Under the pieces are notes generated by a model, which was not told where the DNA came from, ran no database searches, and saw only the letters and a program-made list of their open reading frames with translations. The position numbers and the translations under genes were made by a program. A DNA stretch of 64,000 bases from Pirellulales bacterium (GTDB lineage Bacteria; Planctomycetota; Planctomycetia; Pirellulales; PALSA-1355): NCBI GenBank assembly GCA_963733035.1, contig CAVTBU010000007.1, positions 96,001 through 160,000 on the forward strand. The letters run 5' to 3'. Below, one piece after another: positions 10,294 to 20,020 of the stretch (positions are counted from its first letter, which is position 1; every line of letters begins with the position of its first letter).

Positions 10294-10752
10294 ATGTCGC
10301 AACCCGGTCACAGCCACGCCCACGACGCCGACCACGGCCACGATGTGGGGATCGCCAAATACATCTACGTTTTCCTCGCGCTTTGCGTGCTGACCGGGGC
10401 GTCGTTCTTCACGTATTCGTCGTACTGGCCGTTTCACGCCCAGCCCAAGATCGGTTGGGCTTTCATGATGGCCGTCTCGTGCACCAAGGCAATGCTTGTG
10501 ATTTTGTTTTTCATGCACGTGAAGTACGAGGCGAATTGGAAATACGTACTTACGATTCCGGCCGGATTCATGGCGACCTTTCTGGTGCTGGCACTGGTGC
10601 CGGATATCGGCATGCGGGGGCACTGGCTTTCGGAAGAGCGCCGTTTGTACATGGCCGAGCCTCGCGATGCCGCCGCTGCGCCGGTCGTGCACCACGGCGA
10701 AGCCGATTCGCACGGGGATGCCGAACATTCCGCCCCGGCATCCGAACACTAG
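10294..10752 (+). CDS. coxD: Cytochrome c oxidase subunit IV family protein
   Basis: VFLALCVLT and KAMLVILFFMHVKYE, 3 TM helices, His-rich termini. Confidence 0.85.
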   Translation: MSQPGHSHAHDADHGHDVGIAKYIYVFLALCVLTGASFFTYSSYWPFHAQPKIGWAFMMAVSCTKAMLVILFFMHVKYEANWKYVLTIPAGFMATFLVLALVPDIGMRGHWLSEERRLYMAEPRDAAAAPVVHHGEADSHGDAEHSAPASEH

Positions 10753-10887
10753 GGTGCGCCACGAACGATCGACGACCGTCTCGGCGGCGTAAACATAAAA
10801 AGAGTCGCTTGCTCGAGTTGCCTGCGTGCAGACACCGCGGTCGTCCGTCTGCTGGCATTCCGAGGACCTCCGCCCGGGATTTGCAAA

Positions 10888-11622
10888 ATGAAACCTTCGG
10901 CCGCCACCTATTGGGTCGTGCTCGTCGCATTGCTTGCCGCGATTTACGGTTCATACACACTCTGGCGAACGTCCCGAGACACCGAGCCGTCCGCGCCGGC
11001 CCGCACTTCAACAGCTCGCAATGCGACTGCGAGTCCCGCGACCACGGCGATCTTGTCCGACAGTCCGATTGCCCAGTTCAAGCTGATCGACCAGGACGGC
11101 AACCCGTTCGATTCGGCCAGCCTTGAAGGCGAGGTTTGGGTGGCAAGTTTCTTTTTCACCAACTGTCCGGCCATCTGCTGGCGGATGAATCAGGCCCTGG
11201 CTGCCTGGCAGCACACGCATCCCGACAGCAAGATCCGCTTCATCAGCATTACCTGCGATCCAGACAACGATACGCCCGAAGCGCTGAAGAAATATGCCGA
11301 GCACTTCAAGGCCGATCCCAGGCGGTGGACCTTTCTCACCGGTGACATGAAAGACATCCAGAGCGTCGGCCAGGAATCGTTCAAAATCGCCGTTGTTAAA
11401 GGGGACCACACGGATCGGGCCTGCGTCGTCGACCGCACCGGCAAGGTTCGCGGACGCTTCCGGCTGACGGAGCCCGATCAGGCGGAAATGCTCGACCGGC
11501 TGCTGACCATGGTCGAGGCCGAGCCGGCCCTCCCACCGGCCGTCGAACACAAGGCTGCAGAGCATGTCGAGCGACCGGCCGACGATTCGTCCGCCGGCGC
11601 GCCGGATTCCGAAAAAAGCTGA
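10888..11622 (+). CDS. SCO1/SenC copper chaperone
   Basis: N-terminal TM helix, FKLIDQDG, FFFTNCPAIC (CxxxC), DPDNDTPE and WTFLTG. Confidence 0.92.
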   Translation: MKPSAATYWVVLVALLAAIYGSYTLWRTSRDTEPSAPARTSTARNATASPATTAILSDSPIAQFKLIDQDGNPFDSASLEGEVWVASFFFTNCPAICWRMNQALAAWQHTHPDSKIRFISITCDPDNDTPEALKKYAEHFKADPRRWTFLTGDMKDIQSVGQESFKIAVVKGDHTDRACVVDRTGKVRGRFRLTEPDQAEMLDRLLTMVEAEPALPPAVEHKAAEHVERPADDSSAGAPDSEKS

Positions 11623-11642
11623 CCCGTCCGAGACCCCACGCC

Positions 11643-12149
11643 GTGAACTTCAGCGTCGAGCAATTGCCCGCGGTCAACGCGACGCTGAACGGCGTCGCGG
11701 CGGTGCTACTGGTCGTCGGCTGGGCACTCATCAAGCAACGGCGCGAGCGGGCGCACAGGAACACGATGCTGGCCGCCTTTGCGGTCTCCGTGGTCTTTTT
11801 GGTCTGCTATCTGGTGTACCACTACCAGGTGGGCAGCGTGAAGTTCGCGGGCCCCAGCGGCGTGCGTGCCGTGTATTTGTCGATTCTGTTTAGCCACATC
11901 GTCCTGGCCGCCACGGTGCCGATTTTGGCCCTGATCACAATTTACCTGGGGTTGAAGGATCGGCGCGCAAGACATCGTCAATTTGCCCGCTGGACTTTTC
12001 CGATATGGTTATACGTATCCGTAACGGGGGTGGTCATTTACGTGATGTTGTATCACCTCTACCCACCGACCGAAGAGGCACTTATAATGAGGGCGTCGCC
12101 AGCCCCGGTGCAAAACGCACTCGGCAGCGACGGAGAGACAACGCCATGA
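11643..12149 (+). CDS. DUF420 (CtaM/YozB-like) oxidase assembly membrane protein
   Basis: LPAVNATLN, HRNTM, FLVCYLVYH, SHIVLA and PIWLYVSVTGV. Confidence 0.88.
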   Translation: MNFSVEQLPAVNATLNGVAAVLLVVGWALIKQRRERAHRNTMLAAFAVSVVFLVCYLVYHYQVGSVKFAGPSGVRAVYLSILFSHIVLAATVPILALITIYLGLKDRRARHRQFARWTFPIWLYVSVTGVVIYVMLYHLYPPTEEALIMRASPAPVQNALGSDGETTP

Positions 12150-12445
12150 AAACACCCCGCAAGACAATCCGATTCGCTCGTCTGTTTGTGCCCGCCGTTG
12201 CCGCGGCCTTGGTGTTGGGCGTTGCATCGGCGGCCTTGGCCTGCCCAAGTTGCCAGGCGGCGCTCGGCGGCGACAAGTCGCAAGGCGATTTAGTGACGGG
12301 GCTCTTCTATAGCATCCTGTTCATGATGTCGATGCCCTTTGCGATCGTGGGCACGTTCGGCACGTTGGCCTATCGCGCCGTAAAGCGTGAACAGCGCCGT
12401 CAAGCGGCTCAGAAGGCCGAACGAGAAGCGGGCCAAGACGTCTAA
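12146..12445 (+). CDS. Small exported, membrane-anchored CxxC protein
   Basis: ATGA overlap with DUF420. Signal peptide ending ALA, then CPSC, then a TM helix with MMSMPF. Confidence 0.75.
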   Translation: MKTPRKTIRFARLFVPAVAAALVLGVASAALACPSCQAALGGDKSQGDLVTGLFYSILFMMSMPFAIVGTFGTLAYRAVKREQRRQAAQKAEREAGQDV

Positions 12446-12861
12446 CCGGTCACGCCGCTCGTTGGCTTCTTGGCCGCGGCTTGTTCCTTCGGCAGCGGGT
12501 CCCAATAGTGATCGAAGCCCAGCCAAATGCTGCGCGCGTAGCGAAAGAACCACATTGGAAAGATCACTGCGAACGCGGCGACCAACGCGAGCGCTGCCTG
12601 CGGCGAAACCCATTCGCTGAAAAACAGCGAAAAGTACAGCGCCGTCACGAGCAGGGCGGTAAGCCCGTAGTTCACGTAAATCGATCCGAGGAAGTAGCCC
12701 GGCTCTCGCTCGTACTTCAGTCCGCACGCGTTGCATTTCTTGTGCATGCGAATCCAGTTGGCGAACAGCTTGGTCTGGCCGCAGGCTGGACAGCGCAACC
12801 GCCAGGCCCGGCTGAGCGTGGTGAAATACGATCGGCCGACCTGTTCCGTTTGCTCGTACAC
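12442..12861 (-). CDS. DUF983-like zinc-ribbon membrane protein
   Basis: LRCPACG..LF, CNACG.....EPGYFLG, 2 TM helices. GTG start at 12861 with GGAG upstream. Confidence 0.8.
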   Translation of the reverse strand: MYEQTEQVGRSYFTTLSRAWRLRCPACGQTKLFANWIRMHKKCNACGLKYEREPGYFLGSIYVNYGLTALLVTALYFSLFFSEWVSPQAALALVAAFAVIFPMWFFRYARSIWLGFDHYWDPLPKEQAAAKKPTSGVTG

Positions 12862-13044
12862 GCGATAGTCTCCGCAGCAACCAGGCGACGGCGTTGAACG
12901 GCCCAACGTGGACCTCGTTCGTGCATGGCACAAGTCGGCCGTCATCCACTATCATAGACGACGGGCGGCCCGGTACGAGTCGCACGAGTTGATTTCACCA
13001 TACACAGCTTCATCGATGCGCTGTATCGCATCACGGCTTCACTG

Positions 13045-13212
13045 ATGCGCAGTATCGCACGCCTCATGCAACTCTTGGGTCTGGCTCTGGTGCCATTGGC
13101 CGTCTTGCTGCAGCTCAACTTGACCATCAGCGAGGGACAACTCCTGCTGATGGGGCTGGCGGCCTTCTGTTTGTTCTGGATTGGCCGCATTCTAGAGGGC
13201 TATGCCCGCTAG
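13045..13212 (+). CDS. Small 55-aa two-TM membrane protein (not in the ORF track)
   Basis: Hand-translated: MRSIARLMQLLGLALVPLAVLLQLNLTISEGQLLLMGLAAFCLFWIGRILEGYAR*. Two hydrophobic helices; it fills an otherwise empty gap. Confidence 0.7.
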   Translation: MRSIARLMQLLGLALVPLAVLLQLNLTISEGQLLLMGLAAFCLFWIGRILEGYAR

Positions 13213-13450
13213 AATATGCCCGCTGGACGCGGCCCCGGCCCGTGCTGGCAAAGCCGGTACGATGCCCGTAGCTCTACCGGTGGGCCCCGATTTCGTTCTT
13301 TCCGCACTTTGGCCGCCGATCTATAATTAATGGCACGAAGAAAGACCGCGACTCTGTCGAGCTTTATCGGTGTTTCTGCCCCCCAGCACCCGGGCGGGGG
13401 TTTGGGCAACGGATCCTCGCGGCAGCCAACACGCGCGAAGGACGAGCTGC

Positions 13451-15877
13451 ATGAACCATCCTTGCCGAGCCACTACGGCAGCCTGGATGCGCACGCTCGC
13501 GAGACCACTCGCGAAGGTGCTCGTCTCGCTCGCGTTGCCCTTGGTTGCCGTGCCGGCCGCCGCCCAGTTCTCGAGCGGCCCGCTCGAGCTTTCGAGTTCG
13601 GTCACGCTCGACGAGGCCGATAGCGCCATTCGCACGCAGTTGGAGCGTGTCAAAGCGTACGTTGCCGACTCCCAGTGGGACGAAGCGGTCGAATCGCTGC
13701 GGCGGGTCATGGAGTCGGGCGGCGGCAAGATGATCGCCATCACTCCCACGCGATACGTCAACCTGGCCGACTATTGCCACGTGCAGATCGCCTCGCTGCC
13801 CGACGCAGGGTTGTCGCTGTACCGGCAACGCGTCGATGCATCGGCCCGGGCCGCCTACGAAGAGGCCGTCGAAACGCGCGACGCCAGCCGCCTGGCCGGC
13901 ATCGTCGATAATCTGTTTTGCAGTTCCTGGGGCGACGACGCCCTTTGGATGCTGGGCGAGATGGAACTCGAGCGTGGCCATTACAGTGCGGCGCGGCGAG
14001 CCTGGGAGATGCTCATCGAGTTGCCGCCCAGCCGCATACCGGCGCGGTTTTACGAAGCGTCCCGCAAGCTACCCAACATCGACGAGCTGACCGCGCGGAC
14101 GCTAGACAATTCATACATTCTCGAAGACTCTGGAGCCGAACCGTACTACCAGCTCCGTGTCAACGGGATCCTCTCGGACGCTGAATCGGCCGCGCTGGTG
14201 CGGTTTTGGAAGGCACGCGGTTTCCCGTTCGCCCGCCTGACGTACCCCGGCACTTCGCGGCCGCTGGCCGACGTTCGCGCGCGGCTGATTCTGGTTTCGG
14301 TGATGGAAGGCTCGCTCGATCGGGCTCGCGCTGAACTCGAGGCCTTCAATCAATTGCATCCGCAGGCGCGCGGTCGTCTGGCCGGACGCACCGTCGACTA
14401 TGCCGATACGCTCGGCGCGATGATTTCGGCGGCCGAGAGTTGGCCGGAACCCACGCCGCCTGATGATTGGCCCACGTTTGCCGGCGACTACACCCGAAAC
14501 CATATCACGCCGCGAAACTTGGATCTCGGTCCGGAAGCCTGGACCCCGATTTCGCTCGGCGAAGCGATTTCGGCCGATGCGGCAAACTCACGGGCGTTCA
14601 GTCTTCGTCGCATTGGCGAGGAGGCACAGCGGCTGATGAGTTATCACCCGGTCGTGGTCGGCGACCTGATCCTGGTGAACAATCAGAGCCAGATCTTCGC
14701 CTTTGATCGCAAGACCGGCAAACCCGCCTGGCCTGGCGATCCAATGCGTCCGCCCGGAGAAATCTACGCAGACGAAAGTGTGCGGCTCAGTAATACCCGC
14801 ATGAATCGTGGTTTGGGCGTGCCGCGATTCACGATGACCGTGCACGACGGCAAGCTGTTTGCCCGGCTAGGATCGCAGGTTACCGGACATCCGCTCGAAT
14901 CCTATGAAAGCCGCACCTCGGGCTACTTGGTGTGCCTCGATCTGTCGGCGCAAGGCCGCGTGATTTGGAAGCCCGATGGGCGCTTGATGCCAGATGACGA
15001 ACGCTGGGCATTCGAGGGCGCACCGGTGGTCGAGGGTCCAAATCTCTATGTTGCCATGCGGAAGAGCGACGTTCGTCCACAAGCGTATGTGGCTTGTTAC
15101 GAGGTGGAAACCGGCCGCCGTCGCTGGCGCACGCTGGTTTGCGCCGCCGAAACGCCTGGTGGCGGACAACTTCCCGAGATCACCCACAACCTGCTGACTT
15201 ACCACCAGGGTACGCTTTATTTCAACACGAACCTCGGTGCCGTTGCCGCGCTGTCGGCTCGCGAAGGCCGTCTGCAATGGGCCGCGCTTTACCCGCGAGC
15301 CAGGAAAGCCAGTCCCGACGGCAAGGACAAGCGGACGGCACATTTTTATCGCGATTTGAATCCCTGCGTCTACTACCGGGGCAAGCTGCTGGTGGCTCCG
15401 GCCGATTGCGAGTCGATCTTCGCCCTGGACGCCCTCAGCGGTGAGATGCTGTGGGAGAGCCGATTGCCGGAAGACGTGGTGCATTTGCTGGGAGTCGGAC
15501 ACGGCAACCTCCTGGCCAGCGGCGACACGTTGTGGTGGCTCGACGCCGAAGGGGGTAAGGTGCTTAAACGCTGGCCTGAAACGTCGCCGCTCGGTCACGG
15601 CCGCGGGGTTCTGATGGGCGACCAGGTCATTTGGCCGACCAACGAATCCTTGTTCGTCTTCGATCAGCAAGTCTCACAGACCGGACTGCCGCATTCGCCC
15701 ATTCTGCTTACCGAGCGCGGCGCGGCAGGGGGCAACCTCATCGCGGCCGGCGACCTCTTGCTGATCGCCACGCCGGAAAAACTGTTCGCCTTCCGCCAGC
15801 AAGGGCCAGCGCCGCCTCGGCGCATGCCTAACATGGCCCGAAATCCCGCCCGCCCACCTGCGCCGGCGAAACCCTAA
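13451..15877 (+). CDS. Exported TPR-like plus PQQ/BamB-type beta-propeller protein
   Basis: Signal peptide ending AAA-Q, helical N-terminal half, then DWPTFAGD and repeated AxDxxTG/SGxxxW blades. The start could instead be 13487. Confidence 0.8.
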   Translation: MNHPCRATTAAWMRTLARPLAKVLVSLALPLVAVPAAAQFSSGPLELSSSVTLDEADSAIRTQLERVKAYVADSQWDEAVESLRRVMESGGGKMIAITPTRYVNLADYCHVQIASLPDAGLSLYRQRVDASARAAYEEAVETRDASRLAGIVDNLFCSSWGDDALWMLGEMELERGHYSAARRAWEMLIELPPSRIPARFYEASRKLPNIDELTARTLDNSYILEDSGAEPYYQLRVNGILSDAESAALVRFWKARGFPFARLTYPGTSRPLADVRARLILVSVMEGSLDRARAELEAFNQLHPQARGRLAGRTVDYADTLGAMISAAESWPEPTPPDDWPTFAGDYTRNHITPRNLDLGPEAWTPISLGEAISADAANSRAFSLRRIGEEAQRLMSYHPVVVGDLILVNNQSQIFAFDRKTGKPAWPGDPMRPPGEIYADESVRLSNTRMNRGLGVPRFTMTVHDGKLFARLGSQVTGHPLESYESRTSGYLVCLDLSAQGRVIWKPDGRLMPDDERWAFEGAPVVEGPNLYVAMRKSDVRPQAYVACYEVETGRRRWRTLVCAAETPGGGQLPEITHNLLTYHQGTLYFNTNLGAVAALSAREGRLQWAALYPRARKASPDGKDKRTAHFYRDLNPCVYYRGKLLVAPADCESIFALDALSGEMLWESRLPEDVVHLLGVGHGNLLASGDTLWWLDAEGGKVLKRWPETSPLGHGRGVLMGDQVIWPTNESLFVFDQQVSQTGLPHSPILLTERGAAGGNLIAAGDLLLIATPEKLFAFRQQGPAPPRRMPNMARNPARPPAPAKP

Positions 15878-15893
15878 CTCGATCGGAACCGCC

Positions 15894-16949
<1,056 letters not shown>

Positions 16950-17815
16950 GCTCCAGGGCTTGGAGCTTCGCGCCCGCTCGATCGTCGAAGGCTACGTCTC
17001 CGGCGTGCATCGCAGTCCGTTTCATGGTTTCTCGATCGAGTTTGCCGAGCACCGGGAATACAGCCCGGGTGACGACCTGCGGTATGTCGATTGGAAAGTT
17101 TTCGGCAAGAGCGACAAAATCTACCTGAAACAGTACGAGGAAGAGACCAACCTCGTCTCTTATCTGCTGCTCGATACCAGCGAGAGTATGCGCTACAAGA
17201 GCGACCGGGCGGCGCTCTCGAAGCTCGAATACGCCCAGTGCGTCGCGGCAGCCCTCTCGTACCTCATCTTGCAGCAGCAAGACAGCGTGGGCCTGGCAAC
17301 GTTCGACAGTGAAATCCGTTCGCTCGTCCGTCCCAGCAGCAACCCCTCGCATCTCAAACAACTCTTGCACGTGATGGAGCACGCCGAGCCGCAGCGCAAA
17401 ACGCACACTGGGCCGATCTTTCATGATCTGGCCGAGCGGCTCAAACGCCGTGGGTTGGTGCTGATCCTCAGCGACCTGTTCGACGATGTGCCGTCGATGC
17501 TGGCCGGGCTGAAGCATTTTCGCCACCGCCGTCACGACGTGATCGTGTTTCACGTGCTCGACCCGGCGGAACTCGAGTTCCCATTCCGTCAGACAACCTT
17601 GTTTCGCGGAATGGAACAAATGCCCGACGTGCTGACCGACCCGCATGCCTTGCGGCAGGCCTATCTGGACGAATTCGGCAAGTTCCTGCAATCGGTGCGC
17701 AAAGGCTGCCGCGGCCAGCGAGTCGACTATGTACTACTCCGCACGGATCACTCTTTGGAAGTGGCGCTTTCCAGCTACATCGCTTCGCGTATGAATCGGA
17801 TTGCTTGATCGACGA

Positions 17816-20020
17816 ATGTTTACCGGCGTGCCACTGTTGGCGTTTGGCTTCGGCAACCTCCTCATGTTGGGATGGTTGGCGGCGGCCGCTGCGCCGATTT
17901 TGATTCACCTTTGGAACAAGCGCCGCTATCGCGAAGTTTCCTGGGCCGCCATTGAATACCTGCTAGCCGCGATGCGGAAGAACTCGCGCCGCATGCGGAT
18001 TGAGCAGCTCATTTTGCTGATCATGCGCACGGCCATCATCGTGCTGCTGGTGCTGGCCGTGGCACAGCCGTTTTTCAACCAGATCGGATTGCCGTTTGTA
18101 CCGGGCCAGCGAACGCTCAAGGTGCTCGTGCTCGACGGTTCCTATTCCATGGCCTATAAGCCGACCGACAAGAGCCGCTTCGATCGGGCCAAGGAGCTCG
18201 CCGAACAGATTGTCGACGAGAGCGCACAAGGGGACGCGTTCACGTTGATTTTGATGGGCGATCCACCCCAGGTGGTCGTCGGCACGCCCGCCGTGGAACC
18301 GTCCGATTTCGTGCAGGAGATTGAAAACCTGTCGCTACCCCATGGCGGAGCCGATTTGCCGGCCGCATTGGATCAAGTCGAGCGGGTGTGCCAGTCCGCT
18401 TCGAGCGCCGGCTTGTCGCGGACCGAGGTCTATTTCCTCACAGATCTGGGCCGCAACACCTGGGTGCCCGAGGCAAAGGACGCGGCCGTGTCCGACTACC
18501 GGCAGCGACTGGATCGACTGGCCGCGCAGGCGTCCCTGGTCGTGCTCGACCTGGGACAGACCGGCTGCGAGAATCTGGCCGTCACGTCCGTTGACGCCGG
18601 CGCGCCTTTCATCACGACGGCCCACGAGGCAGCGCTGTCTGCTCAAGTTCGCAATTTCGGCGGCCAGGCCCGGGAGCATCAGTTGGTCGAATTGCACGTC
18701 GATGGGCGGCGCGTCAAGGAGAGCTATGTCGACGTTGCCGCGGGCGAGCAGGCGACAATTGCCTTCAACCATCGTTTCGACGCGCCGGGCGATCACGTGG
18801 TCGAGGTTCGCCTGGAAACCGACCTGCTCGACGTGGACAATCACCGCTGGCTTTCGGTACCAGTGAAAGATCACGTCCGTGTGCTGTGCGTCAACGGCAA
18901 GCCCGGCTCGGGGCCGATGACCGGCGCTACGGATTATTTGGCTCTGGCGCTCAATCCGGGCAGCGGCGATTCTCAATCGTCCAGCGTCGTGACGGCCGAG
19001 GTGATCGCAGAAAGCGCGCTGTTGGAGCGCGACCTAACGCAGTACGACTGCATTTTTCTCTGCAACGTGGCGCAGTTCACCTCGAGCGAGGCGCGATTGC
19101 TCGACGGCGTGTTGCAGCGCGGCGGAGGACTGGTATTTTTTCTCGGCGATCAGGTGTTGGCCGATCGCTACAATCGCGAACTCGGCGGCGAACAGGGAGT
19201 GCGGATCTTGCCGGCCAAACTCGGCAAGGTCGTGCGCAAAGCGCAATACCAATATCGCTTCGACCCGCTCGACTACCGGCATCCGCTGGTCGACGTATTC
19301 AAAGGTCGCGAACAATCGGGGCTGCTTACCACGCCGGTCTACACATATTTTCACCTGGACGTCGATCCCGACGCCAAGGCCCGCGTTGCGTTGGCCTTTG
19401 AAGGGGGCGATCCGGCAATCGTCGAAGAAGCGATCCATCGGGGCCGTTCGATTCTGGTGGCCACCGAGTGCTCGCGGTCGTCGGTCGATCCAACGAGCCA
19501 CGATCCCTGGACGACAATGCCCGTCTGGCCGAGCTTCGTGCCGCTGGTGCAGGAACTTGTGGGCTTGGCCGTCAGCGGACAGAAGGCCGAACACAACGTC
19601 GAGGTCGGCCAGACGCTTGGCGAATCGTTGGCCGCAATTGCCAGTCGGGCCACGGTCAGTGTTACCAACCCGGCCGGGGCGACCGAGGAAGTTCGCATGA
19701 CGCTCGATCCGACGAGCAGTCGGTGGTCGTACACCGACACACAGCAGAGCGGTGTCTATCAAGTTGCACTCGGCGCGCCGCTCGGCGGCGAAGAGGCCTT
19801 TGCCGTGAACGTGGACACGGCCGAAAGCGACCTGACCAAGATCGACCCCGACGAACTTCCTCGCCAGTTCGCCACGCATCGGCAGACAAACCTCGACGAT
19901 GTCGAGTCGCCCACGATTCAAAAACGCAGCGGCCTGCACAAATTGTTGCTCTACTGCGTGCTCGGTCTGCTGTTGACCGAAACGTTTTTCGCCTGGTGGT
20001 TTGGACGCGCAACGCGATGA
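17816..20020 (+). CDS. BatA N-terminal domain plus vWA membrane protein
   Basis: PILIHLWNKRR....WAA...L and LAVAQP (BatA-like), MIDAS DGSYS, CARDB-like and GATase-like regions, C-terminal TM helix. Confidence 0.88.
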   Translation: MFTGVPLLAFGFGNLLMLGWLAAAAAPILIHLWNKRRYREVSWAAIEYLLAAMRKNSRRMRIEQLILLIMRTAIIVLLVLAVAQPFFNQIGLPFVPGQRTLKVLVLDGSYSMAYKPTDKSRFDRAKELAEQIVDESAQGDAFTLILMGDPPQVVVGTPAVEPSDFVQEIENLSLPHGGADLPAALDQVERVCQSASSAGLSRTEVYFLTDLGRNTWVPEAKDAAVSDYRQRLDRLAAQASLVVLDLGQTGCENLAVTSVDAGAPFITTAHEAALSAQVRNFGGQAREHQLVELHVDGRRVKESYVDVAAGEQATIAFNHRFDAPGDHVVEVRLETDLLDVDNHRWLSVPVKDHVRVLCVNGKPGSGPMTGATDYLALALNPGSGDSQSSSVVTAEVIAESALLERDLTQYDCIFLCNVAQFTSSEARLLDGVLQRGGGLVFFLGDQVLADRYNRELGGEQGVRILPAKLGKVVRKAQYQYRFDPLDYRHPLVDVFKGREQSGLLTTPVYTYFHLDVDPDAKARVALAFEGGDPAIVEEAIHRGRSILVATECSRSSVDPTSHDPWTTMPVWPSFVPLVQELVGLAVSGQKAEHNVEVGQTLGESLAAIASRATVSVTNPAGATEEVRMTLDPTSSRWSYTDTQQSGVYQVALGAPLGGEEAFAVNVDTAESDLTKIDPDELPRQFATHRQTNLDDVESPTIQKRSGLHKLLLYCVLGLLLTETFFAWWFGRATR

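Noticed and set aside
19468..20016. N-terminal extensions in the ORF track (976-aa ORF; also 8027, 37764, 30683, 60764 starts)
   Set aside because: They overlap the upstream gene or read as non-protein-like. Downstream ATGs with stop/start coupling fit better.
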